In this document: positions 16,409-25,441 of the stretch, one piece after another
Layout: every line of letters begins with the position of its first letter
How positions within the stretch are numbered: the first letter of the stretch is position 1
IMG/VR virus record: IMGVR_UViG_3300048578_000354
Span: 1-31,057 of that record
Length of the DNA stretch: 31,057 nt
Origin: a virus
Lineage: Duplodnaviria > Caudoviricetes
Direction: 5' to 3' (one strand)
The notes under the pieces: model-generated
What the model saw: the letters and a program-made list of their open reading frames with translations, nothing else
The model's database searches: none
Told to the model about the DNA's origin: nothing
Translations under genes and position numbers: made by a program

Positions 16409-19400
16409 TTGCGCACCCCAGACAGCCCTGAAAACTACAACGCCTTCAAGGATAACCAGCAGCGGCAAAACGAAAAGCGCCAGCAGTTCCGGGTCGTGAC
16501 GCGGCTGGCAGGCGACGACAGCTCGCCCGTCAGTGACGAGCAGCTTGCCAACGACGTGGCCAAACAAACCGGGAGCGCTCCGGCGCCGGAGGACATCGTC
16601 AGGGCCAATCGCGAACTGTTCCGCGAGGCGAGCGACAGGGCATGGGCGGAGAAGATCGGGAAAGAAGCGCCGATTACGTTGGCGTCGATGGGCGATCCCA
16701 GAGTTGGGCTCACATCGCGCAGTGACGCCGAGGCGTTTGCCGGCATCGAGAAGAATCTGAGCAAGATCGTAAATGCTCCAAACCCGGATGGAGCTGGGGC
16801 GCCAGTGCGGGGCCTTCAGTTGGCTTCCGCGCCGATTTCTGTGCTTGGCCCGAACGGGCGTATGCCTTTGCCCCCCATTCCCGTGCCTGATCCGAGGCGC
16901 GTGGTTCCGACTCCGCGCTCGGACCCACGGGATACTCTCCCTCTCCCCGACCCGAGAAAAAGCCCGGCGCTACCGACGCAGCCTGAGGGGCAAGAAAATG
17001 CGACGGCAGCGGTTATAGACGCGCCGGCAGACGTCCCTAGGCATGGAGGGGCATCTCTGACTGAAGGGGCGGGGCAGGTGCCAGCTACAGAAGGGGCCGG
17101 GGCGGAAGCGTCGAAGGGGGCGTCCTCTGATGGTAAGGTGGCTCCTATGCGATCTGACTCCGCAGCGTCTGCGTTCGGTGAGGCGGAGGGAAAGGACGGC
17201 ACTTCCACTACCCCCACCGTAGAGGACAAACCGAGTGGCAACATAGGGGGACCGGAAACGACCTCTGGCCAGACTGCACCCGCTATGGAGGGGGGCGGTG
17301 ATCGGAATGTGGGTGGCAAAGCTCCCGGGGAAGCAGAGGGGCAGGACGCTGATGCTGGGTCTGCTGGTGGCGGCGCGGTTGGTCCCGGCAAGGCGCCGCA
17401 AGCCTCTTCATTGGGTGGCGGTACGGAGAAGGAAGCTTCCCCTTCTTTGAACGCAACGCAGGCCCCCACAAGTGCAAATGAGCACATGGCTGGTCAGCCC
17501 GAAGTGGCTGCATCTGCGGGGCGAGTTGGTGAAGAGGTAGGATCGTTTGGCTTTTCTGTGGAGTCGCGCCCCGACACGACTCTTCTCGTTGATATTGCGT
17601 TCGCCAAAGAAAAGAGCCCAGAAGAGCAGGCGGAAATCCGCACTAGGATCTACAAGTCTAACCCTTCTCATATCCCCCACCTCGTGGATATGTACGAAGG
17701 CGCGCTGCATGGCGTAAGCCCACTTAAGCTGATTGGAGATATGTCTCCAGAACTTAGTGGTATTTCGTCAATTCTTCAGACTGTTAGCGGTCAGTATCCG
17801 GATAAATCTAAGCTTTTTTATTTTCTTAATGCGTTAGATCGAGGTTTTTCTGGCCTTTCGCTGAATGAGCTGTACGAAAATGGGGAAAAATTCGCTCAAA
17901 TTGGTCTAGATCAAGACCGCTCAATTGTGGAGATATACAAAGATGAGTGGTCTATGTACAGTTTTGACGCTGCTGTCCCTATGCAAAGTGGGTCGTATTC
18001 ATCTCCGACTTACGCCGGGAATAGTTATGCGGGACTTTCTCTTTTAAGTGCGTTTGGCGCCATAAAGCGTTGGGGACTATCCCGCTTGGAGTCTAAGGAT
18101 GCGCTGCCGCTGGCCAAACAATATTTCGAGGATGCAGCCAAAGTTCAGGCTCACATTGAAGCCTTGCCTCTGTCACCAGAAGCTACCCGTTTTATGACCG
18201 CGATGGACAAGTTGAATGATGAGCCGTCGGTCTCGGTCCAGACGTCGAAGCTAACGTCTCTCGTGAAAGAGGATCCCTGGGGCGCCCTAGCCCTTGTCGC
18301 TGAAAAGGGAGTGGAAGGAGTCCCTGTTCTCTTGATGCAATCCATAGCTGTTGCCTTGACGAAGAAACCCATGGTGGGCGTAGGGTTGAACATCTTGGCC
18401 GCTGAACAACAAGCGCATGCGACTACAGCACTAAAGTTCATCGAGGATAAGGGCTTCAACATACAGAAGCATGGTGAAATCGGTCGCCTCCTAAAAGCGC
18501 CGGATGTGTTGAGAGAGGCGGAACGGCTTGGTGATAGAAGGGCACTCTTGGCTGTTCTGGTAGCGGCTGCCTCCGGTCGCCTCGGATCGGAAAACCTACT
18601 GGCCGACATAACCCTCAAGCAAGTTGCTTCTCCTCTATTGGCCATGGGTGGCGAGGCACTAGGAGAGATCTATTCAGGCGAGCAGTTGAAGGTCGCCGAT
18701 ATCGCTATGGCCGGCGCTTTGGATTTCGTCAACAGCTCAGTATCGCGGGGGGTCGATGTTGTAACTGGCAAAGCCTTAGCTAATGTGAAGATAGGTTGGC
18801 ACGACTACATCTCTTTGCAAAGAATTATAAAGGATGGCGAGGGATCGAATCTTCGGATAAAAAATCCTGATGCATATGAGATGGCTATTGCGGAGATTGT
18901 TCGTGGTCATCCAAATGAGAAAATATTCTTAGGAATTAGAGAACTAGATTTTGCGCTCAAGCGATTGAACCTCAATGAGGATGTCTTTTTGGCGGGACTT
19001 AAGGGAGTCACCAAAGCAGATCTTGAGGCGGCACGCCAAGTTGGCGGCGATATCCAAATTCCGACAGAAGTTTATCTGACACGCATCGCTTATGAGCCGA
19101 TCGGTGTGCAGACAATACCGTTTGCGCGTTTTGGTCTGAACGGGGTGTCTGGCGTTGAGGCGCGGGCACTCGCAAACTGGCTAAAGGAGTCCCAGAGATC
19201 TCTCGACGAAAGTCTGAACGGCGTAGAGACAGGAACTCCTGCTTCTGTAATGGCGCCGTCTTCAGAGGGAGGTAAAGGAACGCAACCAAGTGAGGGCGCC
19301 GGTCAGGCTACCGCGACGCCTGATCCGTCTGGCACTACCTCGCAAGGTTCGAGCTCGCTGGCCGCTGGTGCGACGTCGTCGGATAACTCAAAGGCCACAG

Positions 19401-19759
19401 TGGTTCCACAGCAGACCCAAACGCTTCCCATCGGTGGCAGAGAGTTCATGGATTCCACGTCGCCGGAAGCGCTCGTTACTCCTGAGGGAACGTTGGGTCC
19501 CAGGCAGTTTGTCCCTAAAGCGGGAAAGCTGCCCCCGGAAACGCTGGTTCCGCAGCGCCCAGCCCAAGGTAACTCACGCGGACACGGCAAAATTGTGCCA
19601 GGCGTTGATCCCTATCCTGAGGGTCTTCCCAATAAGGTACCAAAGCAGAAGGATAAGCTGGGTACCTATGATCAAGCAGCCCGAGACAATCCAGTCCAGG
19701 AACTGCTTTTCCCACCAGCACTAAATCAGTCCCCTGAACTATTCTTGTATGGACGCTGA
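16409..19759 (+). CDS. Large internal virion / ejection protein, N-terminal part, with low-complexity inserts
   Basis: 1116 aa, TTG start with GGAG. Segments SNLRIKNP...EKIFL and GGDIQIPTEVYLTRIA resemble giant podovirus internal proteins. Visibly lower GC than its neighbours. Confidence 0.62.
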   Translation: MRTPDSPENYNAFKDNQQRQNEKRQQFRVVTRLAGDDSSPVSDEQLANDVAKQTGSAPAPEDIVRANRELFREASDRAWAEKIGKEAPITLASMGDPRVGLTSRSDAEAFAGIEKNLSKIVNAPNPDGAGAPVRGLQLASAPISVLGPNGRMPLPPIPVPDPRRVVPTPRSDPRDTLPLPDPRKSPALPTQPEGQENATAAVIDAPADVPRHGGASLTEGAGQVPATEGAGAEASKGASSDGKVAPMRSDSAASAFGEAEGKDGTSTTPTVEDKPSGNIGGPETTSGQTAPAMEGGGDRNVGGKAPGEAEGQDADAGSAGGGAVGPGKAPQASSLGGGTEKEASPSLNATQAPTSANEHMAGQPEVAASAGRVGEEVGSFGFSVESRPDTTLLVDIAFAKEKSPEEQAEIRTRIYKSNPSHIPHLVDMYEGALHGVSPLKLIGDMSPELSGISSILQTVSGQYPDKSKLFYFLNALDRGFSGLSLNELYENGEKFAQIGLDQDRSIVEIYKDEWSMYSFDAAVPMQSGSYSSPTYAGNSYAGLSLLSAFGAIKRWGLSRLESKDALPLAKQYFEDAAKVQAHIEALPLSPEATRFMTAMDKLNDEPSVSVQTSKLTSLVKEDPWGALALVAEKGVEGVPVLLMQSIAVALTKKPMVGVGLNILAAEQQAHATTALKFIEDKGFNIQKHGEIGRLLKAPDVLREAERLGDRRALLAVLVAAASGRLGSENLLADITLKQVASPLLAMGGEALGEIYSGEQLKVADIAMAGALDFVNSSVSRGVDVVTGKALANVKIGWHDYISLQRIIKDGEGSNLRIKNPDAYEMAIAEIVRGHPNEKIFLGIRELDFALKRLNLNEDVFLAGLKGVTKADLEAARQVGGDIQIPTEVYLTRIAYEPIGVQTIPFARFGLNGVSGVEARALANWLKESQRSLDESLNGVETGTPASVMAPSSEGGKGTQPSEGAGQATATPDPSGTTSQGSSSLAAGATSSDNSKATVVPQQTQTLPIGGREFMDSTSPEALVTPEGTLGPRQFVPKAGKLPPETLVPQRPAQGNSRGHGKIVPGVDPYPEGLPNKVPKQKDKLGTYDQAARDNPVQELLFPPALNQSPELFLYGR

Positions 19760-19823
19760 CGCTTGCTCCCCAATGGAAGGCTGAAACTGTTGTCCCTAAT
19801 GGTGACGGCATTGCTGGTCATGG

Positions 19824-19847
19824 CGGAAACCCGGCTTCTCCTAGCAT
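19824..19847 (+). promoter_or_regulatory. Putative late-promoter motif, copy 4 (11-bp spacer)
   Basis: CGGAAAC-N11-TAGCAT in the gap before the next large gene. Confidence 0.5.
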
Positions 19848-20034
19848 GTGGCGTTCCGACCGTTGGGAAATGCCGCCTTGCCCGTCATAGACACACTCAG
19901 GCGCGTTTACGGGTCCTCACCGGTTGAAGAGAGGGGCAACCTTGCCCCCCGTCGAGAAACTTTTGCGGGTTCGACTTTGCGTCCTTCGCATGTTCGAGGA
20001 ACCGGATCGGCCTGCCTCACAGCCGGAGATTAGA

Positions 20035-23000
20035 ATGACCATCATGTCCCCTCAGACGGCAGACGGGGATATCCACCGTCTTCGTGTCGGCTCAAAAGAT
20101 GACAGAGCGCTCCCAACGACGGAGACGAGCCCGAGTGGCTCTATGCACCCACCTGCCAATGACGGGGAGACGTTGAAGCGGGTGTTCGCGGATGCCGGCT
20201 TGTCGGCCGTGGTGAACGAAGCCGCCCGCGCGTTCCTGACGCTGCTGTCCGGCATGGAGCGGCGCGGCGATACCGCGGCGGTGGCCGACCACGCGACGCT
20301 TCGCCGATGGTGGGGCGATGGCAGCGACGGCGAAGCGCGGCTTGCCCGTGCCTTCGTGGCGTATCTTCTGGACGGCACCGCACTGCCGGCCGGGCCGCGC
20401 GAGGCGTTTCGGCATTTTCGGGCTTGGCTGATCGGGCTTTATGTCGTTGAGCGCCGGCAGGGCGTGGCTGTCAGGGCCGAGGTGGCCGAGGTGTTCGACC
20501 GGCTGCTGGCCGTAGAGCTGGCGCTGGCCGAGGCGCGGCGGACGGCGGGGGATGTTGGGCCCGTGTCGCCGGACCTTCAGGAGAAGCGCACGGCGGCGGA
20601 CGCCGAGGCCGAGGATCGGCTGACGGGGGAGATCTTGCGGCCGGTGCGGGCAGCGCGGGAGAAAGGCTATCGCCAGGAACTGGCGGCGGCGACGGCCGAG
20701 GCGGAAGAGCGGATCAATGCGCTGCCGGTTTATCGGGCCACCGAGTGGCTGACCAGCCGGCGTTGGTTGGGTGAAGAGATGCCGGCGCTGCCGACGATCC
20801 GGCTGTCGCGGCCCATCCTCGTCGAACGCTACGGCGAGGCGGTGCTGGCGGCGCTGCCGCGCGGGCGGTTCACCGCTCATGCGGCGACGGGTGGCGTCGA
20901 CCCCGACGAGGCGGCCGGGCTGTTCGGCTTTTCGAGCGGCGACGAGATGATCCAGGCGATGGCGCTGGTGCCGAAGCGCGAGGCGACCATTGCGCTCGAG
21001 GCCAAGCGGTTGATGGTGGAGCGGCGGGGCGATCCGCTGGTTGACGGCACGTTGCCGGAGATGGCGCTGGCCGCCATTCACGGCCCTCGCATGGCCGAAT
21101 GGCTGGCCGCGGAGCTCAAGGCGTTGGCCGGCCCTGCCGGCGAGGCGCAGCCCGTCAGCGCCGAGGGCGCGGCGGCATTCGCCCGCGACGCGCTGGTGGA
21201 CACGCCGGTGCGCGACGCCATCGACGCCCGTCGCCATCTGGTCGCCGAGCGGCGGGCCGGCGAGGAGGTGGCGAAGCTTGCCGCGTCCAGCGAGGGCGTG
21301 CGGGCGGAAGACCTTTATGACGCACGGCGACGGCAGTTGCTCAACCTGGCGCTCTATGCCGAGGCGCTGGGGATTGCCGACGATCTCGAGGCGGCGGAGG
21401 AGATGGTGCGCCGGCTCGACCGGCCCGAGCGGCCGGAGGTGACGATCGGCGTTGACGGCTGGCCGGCCATCGATGCCATTCTCGATCGTTTCGAGTTCCG
21501 CAAGACCGATGAGCCGGCGCCGCGCAACGCGGTGGCGACCTTCGTGAAGGCGATGACGGCGGCCGGCCGCGACAACGAGCTGGCGATCGCCGATCTGGTG
21601 CTGCAGGGCGGCGAGGGAAAGCCCTATGGCGAGCTGCCGATCGGCGTGCTGAAGGCGGTGGTGGCCAGCCTCGACAACATCGAACACGCCATGGGCCGCA
21701 ACGATGCGCTGGTGGACGAGCGCGGGCGGCAGCGCCTCAGCGAGGCAGCCAAGGGCATCGCCACCGCGCTGGAGCGGACGAAAGGCGGAGCCGGGAAGCG
21801 CCCGGTCGATCTCGGCCGGGCCGCCGAAGAGGTGTTGCGCGAGATCGACGGCCGCGCCAAAGGGCCGGCTTTCGCCGCGCTGAAGGCGCCCGTCGATGCC
21901 GCCGTCGCGGCGCTGAAGGCGCGCCGGCAGCGGGCGGCCGAGGAAGTCGCGGCGCTCTATGCGCCCTATGACGCGGGCGAGCGGCGGGCGATGGCGGTGC
22001 GCCGCTTCCTGCCGGCGCTGGGGCGGTCGCTGTCGCGCTGGGAGATGATCGCCGTTGCGCTCAACGCCGGCACCGAGGCCGGCCACGCGGCGCTGACCGG
22101 TCCGGCGGGCTTTCCGCCGGAGATGGTGTCGGCGATCCTCGCGGCGCTCGATACGCGGGATGCGCGCTTCATCCAGTCCGTCTGGGACTATCTCGAGAGC
22201 TTCCGGGACGAGATCGCCGCGCGCGAGCGGCGGGCGACCGGCGCGGCGCCCAGATGGAGCGAGGCGCGGCCGGTGAGTGTCGGCGGCGTGGCGCTGACGG
22301 GCGGCTTCTATCCGCTTGATATGAAAGGAGACCTGGCCGTCGATGTGCGGGTCGGCCGCTTCGCCAAGGCGATGGTGGAGGGTGGAGGAGGGGATGGAGC
22401 CGCCGTGGGGCTCGATCTCGCGCTGGTCCATGCCTTCGTCGACCGGTTGTTGCACGATCTCGAACTGTCGGAGGCGGTGACCAACGCGCGCCGGCTGCTC
22501 GCGCAGCCGGAGCTGCGCGACGCCTTCACAGCCAAGGGCCGCACCGACGATCTCGAAACGCTGGCGGCCTGGCTCGACGCCGTCGCGGCGGGCGATCTCA
22601 GGCCGGCGGATTTCCATCTGCGCATGGCCTCGGCCGAGGGCGGCGACGCCGTGGCCCGGCAGCTGGCGCGGGACCTCGCGGCGGCGTTGACCGATGCGGC
22701 AGGCTTGCCCGAAGCGATCGAGGCGGTGGGCGCGGCGTTCGCGGAGGGCGCCGGCGGGACGTTCGTTGACGGCATCGCCGACCGGATCGCCGAGCGGTCG
22801 CCCCTGATGGCCGGGCGGCGGCTGGCGGCGGCGAAGCGGGGCGAGGCGGGGCCGGACGATCTCGCGGCCTGGCTGATCCGGCGCGTCCGCTGGCACTTCG
22901 TCGAGGTCCCGGCGTGGCTTGCCGGCTACGGCCACGGACTTGCGCGCTCCGGCGGTGATGCCAGGGCGGTGGCCGAGGGCGACCGCTGGGTGAGGAGGAT

Positions 23001-23376
23001 CGGGCTTCCGGATGGCCAGGCGGGGGCGGCGGTGAAGGTGATGGTTGCCGCCCTGATGGCATCCTCCGCCGCATCGGACGCGGCGGGCTTGGCGCGCACC
23101 CTCGGTGCAACCCTGCTGTTCGCCCGCGAGAGGTTGGTGCTGGCGGCGGCGCGAAGCGGCGAGGGCGCCTTGGGCCTGCTCGGCGCGGCGCCGGGCATCG
23201 GCGCTGCGACGTCGATGGACGGGGAGGGTGCGACCCGGGCGGCCCTGTGGGCGAAGAGTGGCGGCCGCGACGGGGCGGGCGCCGCCGCCGTGCGGTCGGC
23301 CATGATGGCGGCGGCGCTCATGATCGACGCGCCGGCGGAGGTGGCGATCGACCACGCGTTCGGCGCGATGACGTAG
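20035..23376 (+). CDS. Large internal virion / ejection protein, C-terminal part
   Basis: ATG at 20035 with GGAG (track start 19924). Motifs ARAFVAYL, FRAWL, EVFDRLLA, FGFSSGDEM, VALNAG, FIQSVWD, LTGGFYPL. Very high GC, Ala-rich. Confidence 0.7.
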   Translation: MTIMSPQTADGDIHRLRVGSKDDRALPTTETSPSGSMHPPANDGETLKRVFADAGLSAVVNEAARAFLTLLSGMERRGDTAAVADHATLRRWWGDGSDGEARLARAFVAYLLDGTALPAGPREAFRHFRAWLIGLYVVERRQGVAVRAEVAEVFDRLLAVELALAEARRTAGDVGPVSPDLQEKRTAADAEAEDRLTGEILRPVRAAREKGYRQELAAATAEAEERINALPVYRATEWLTSRRWLGEEMPALPTIRLSRPILVERYGEAVLAALPRGRFTAHAATGGVDPDEAAGLFGFSSGDEMIQAMALVPKREATIALEAKRLMVERRGDPLVDGTLPEMALAAIHGPRMAEWLAAELKALAGPAGEAQPVSAEGAAAFARDALVDTPVRDAIDARRHLVAERRAGEEVAKLAASSEGVRAEDLYDARRRQLLNLALYAEALGIADDLEAAEEMVRRLDRPERPEVTIGVDGWPAIDAILDRFEFRKTDEPAPRNAVATFVKAMTAAGRDNELAIADLVLQGGEGKPYGELPIGVLKAVVASLDNIEHAMGRNDALVDERGRQRLSEAAKGIATALERTKGGAGKRPVDLGRAAEEVLREIDGRAKGPAFAALKAPVDAAVAALKARRQRAAEEVAALYAPYDAGERRAMAVRRFLPALGRSLSRWEMIAVALNAGTEAGHAALTGPAGFPPEMVSAILAALDTRDARFIQSVWDYLESFRDEIAARERRATGAAPRWSEARPVSVGGVALTGGFYPLDMKGDLAVDVRVGRFAKAMVEGGGGDGAAVGLDLALVHAFVDRLLHDLELSEAVTNARRLLAQPELRDAFTAKGRTDDLETLAAWLDAVAAGDLRPADFHLRMASAEGGDAVARQLARDLAAALTDAAGLPEAIEAVGAAFAEGAGGTFVDGIADRIAERSPLMAGRRLAAAKRGEAGPDDLAAWLIRRVRWHFVEVPAWLAGYGHGLARSGGDARAVAEGDRWVRRIGLPDGQAGAAVKVMVAALMASSAASDAAGLARTLGATLLFARERLVLAAARSGEGALGLLGAAPGIGAATSMDGEGATRAALWAKSGGRDGAGAAAVRSAMMAAALMIDAPAEVAIDHAFGAMT

Positions 23377-23414
23377 AGAATTTCCGGCGAACTCAGGTTC
23401 GCCGGACGCGCTCT
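23374..23414. repeat. Hairpin related to the 2702-2866 element, probably a terminator between convergent genes
   Basis: Perfect stem TCCGGCGAAC-TCAG-GTTCGCCGGA (23383-23406). Its reverse complement resembles 2827-2855. Confidence 0.7.
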
Positions 23415-23422
23415 TGCCGGCC

Positions 23423-23692
23423 TCAGTGTTTGATATCCCTGCGGATGGCCTTGCCGATGAAGAAGGCGAGGCATGCGGCAATCACCCCGGCGGCGATGCT
23501 GATGAACTCGACCGCGTCCCACCTGAAGCCCAGGATCTGCATGCTGCGCATGATGACATGCGCCAGGATGGCGAGGCCGATCGCCACGGGATAGCCGACG
23601 GCGTTGCGGACCTTGAACAGCCCGACGAACAGCGACGCGATCGACGCGACGTCGAGGAGCTTCACGGCAAGCATCACGAAAAACAGGGCCAT
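23423..23692 (-). CDS. Small 3-TM membrane protein, convergent with the large ejection gene
   Basis: ATG at 23692 after GGAG gives 89 aa, almost wholly hydrophobic with a basic C-terminus. The longer track ORF overlaps the + strand promoter motif. Confidence 0.62.
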   Translation of the reverse strand: MALFFVMLAVKLLDVASIASLFVGLFKVRNAVGYPVAIGLAILAHVIMRSMQILGFRWDAVEFISIAAGVIAACLAFFIGKAIRRDIKH

Positions 23693-23827
23693 CTTCAAAA
23701 GCTCCAGGACCGTCGCCGCGCCCTGTTGGCGGGCAGGCGAGTCGTGGCCGGCAGTTTGTGCTGCCCGAGCCGGCGTTCCAAGAGGGTTTGGCCGGATGGC
23801 GGGTGGTTCGCAGCCCGGCGCGCGTTG

Positions 23828-23851
23828 AAACAAACCCGGCGGCTCTAGGGT
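23828..23851 (+). promoter_or_regulatory. Putative late-promoter motif, copy 5
   Basis: AAACAAAC-N10-TAGGGT upstream of tail fibre 1. Confidence 0.65.
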
Positions 23852-23935
23852 CTCGCCTGTCGATTCCCAGTGTCGCACCGTCATCGCGGAAGGCGCTTGC
23901 CGCTTCCGCGCCGGTGCTCGTCAGAAGGCCCGCCC

Positions 23936-25441
23936 ATGACCATTGCGAGCGAAGCCAACCGCTCCGGCCCCTATGCCTGCAACGGCGCAACGACGCGCTT
24001 TCCCTACGCCTTCAAGATCTTCGACGAGGCGCATGTCCGCGTCATCCTGACCGACGCCGACGGCGCCGAGACCACGCTGGCGCTCGGGACGGACTATGTC
24101 GTGACCGGCGTCGGCACCGACGGCGGCGGCGCGGTGCAGACGGCCGTGGCCCATCCGACCGGCTGCCTGGTGACGCTGATCCTCAACGTGCCCTTCACGC
24201 AAGGGACGGACCTTGAAAACCAGGGCGCCTATTTCGCCGAGACCATCGAGCGGGCGCTGGACGAGGGCGTGCAGCGCGATCTGCAACTGGCCGAGGAGGT
24301 GGGGCGCGCCTTCAAGCTGCGTGCGTCCGCCGATCTGGTGGCGGCCGGGTCGGTGTTCGTTTCCGACGGTGTCGGCGGCGCCACCGGCGGGCCGTCGGCG
24401 GCCGATATCACGGCTGCCCGGGACATCGCGGTCGCCTCCGAGGGCGCCGCGATACTGGCCGCCGCGACGGCCGGCGAGAAGGCCGGAGCCGCGGTGGCGG
24501 CGGCCGACCGCGCGGAGACGGCGGCCGCCTCGGTGGAAGGCGTCGTCTCATACGCCGTCGCGCAGCAGCTGACCGCCGAGGAGAAGACGCGAGCGCTCGA
24601 GAACCTGGGGCTGGACAGGGCACTGACGCCCTTCGGCTTCACGGCGGCCGAGGGACAGAGCGCCTTCGCCCTCGGCATGTCGCCGGCGCCGAACGCCTGC
24701 ATCGTGTCGCAGAACGGCGCCTGGCTGACCGGCGGTGTCGACTATGCCATCGCCGGGTCGACGCTGACGCTGGCCACGGCGGCAGACGCGGGCGACCGCA
24801 TCTCCGGCGTGGCGATCTCATCGTTCGAAGTGGCGAACGCCATGCAGCCGGCCGCCAACCTGGCCGATCTTGGCGACAAGGCCGTGGCGCGAGCGAACCT
24901 GGGGTTGGGGTCGGCGGCGGTGCTGGGGGCGGGTACCGGGGCGGGAGAGGTGCTCAAGCTTGATTCCAACGCGCGGGCATCGGTCGCGGCGTTTCTTCCG
25001 GGGATGATCATCAACAGTGCGTATGCCGAAACTACCGTCGCCGCCGCGTTGACGGCGGTGTTGCCTATCGATGGAACTCTTCCGCTTGCAACTGAAGGAA
25101 CACAGGTGGTTGCCGTCACGATAACGCCGAGATTGTCTACGAGCCGCCTTCGGGTGATAGCGAAAGTCGTCGGACAGGTGAGCGGTGGTTCGTTCACAAC
25201 TCATGTCGGCTCAGCTCTCTTCGCAGGAACCACTCCCATTGACTTCACATCGACGCACTTAACGACGTCCGGTGCATTGTTCGCTCATGTGCTTTTGTCG
25301 GAGTTCTCTTCTAGCTCCACAGTACCAATCATGTTGTCCGTGCGATCCGGGCAAGCGGGTGGGGGGCAAACACTTAACATCAACACGCCCACAGCCAACG
25401 GATTTAAGTGCAGTATTTCTGTTGAGGAGATAGCCCCATGA
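23936..25441 (+). CDS. Tail fibre 1 (T7 gp17-like N-terminal anchor, variable tip)
   Basis: MTIASEANRSGPY...NGATTRFPYAFKI...DYVVTG anchor, ANLADL..ARANLGLG repeat, lower-GC C-terminus. Confidence 0.85.
   Translation: MTIASEANRSGPYACNGATTRFPYAFKIFDEAHVRVILTDADGAETTLALGTDYVVTGVGTDGGGAVQTAVAHPTGCLVTLILNVPFTQGTDLENQGAYFAETIERALDEGVQRDLQLAEEVGRAFKLRASADLVAAGSVFVSDGVGGATGGPSAADITAARDIAVASEGAAILAAATAGEKAGAAVAAADRAETAAASVEGVVSYAVAQQLTAEEKTRALENLGLDRALTPFGFTAAEGQSAFALGMSPAPNACIVSQNGAWLTGGVDYAIAGSTLTLATAADAGDRISGVAISSFEVANAMQPAANLADLGDKAVARANLGLGSAAVLGAGTGAGEVLKLDSNARASVAAFLPGMIINSAYAETTVAAALTAVLPIDGTLPLATEGTQVVAVTITPRLSTSRLRVIAKVVGQVSGGSFTTHVGSALFAGTTPIDFTSTHLTTSGALFAHVLLSEFSSSSTVPIMLSVRSGQAGGGQTLNINTPTANGFKCSISVEEIAP

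Noticed and set aside
19957-19976. Eighth promoter-motif candidate AAAC-N10-TCGACT
   Set aside because: Lacks the TAG shared by all seven other copies and could be chance.
20092-23481. 1129-aa minus-strand ORF
   Set aside because: Antisense shadow of the GC-rich ejection gene.
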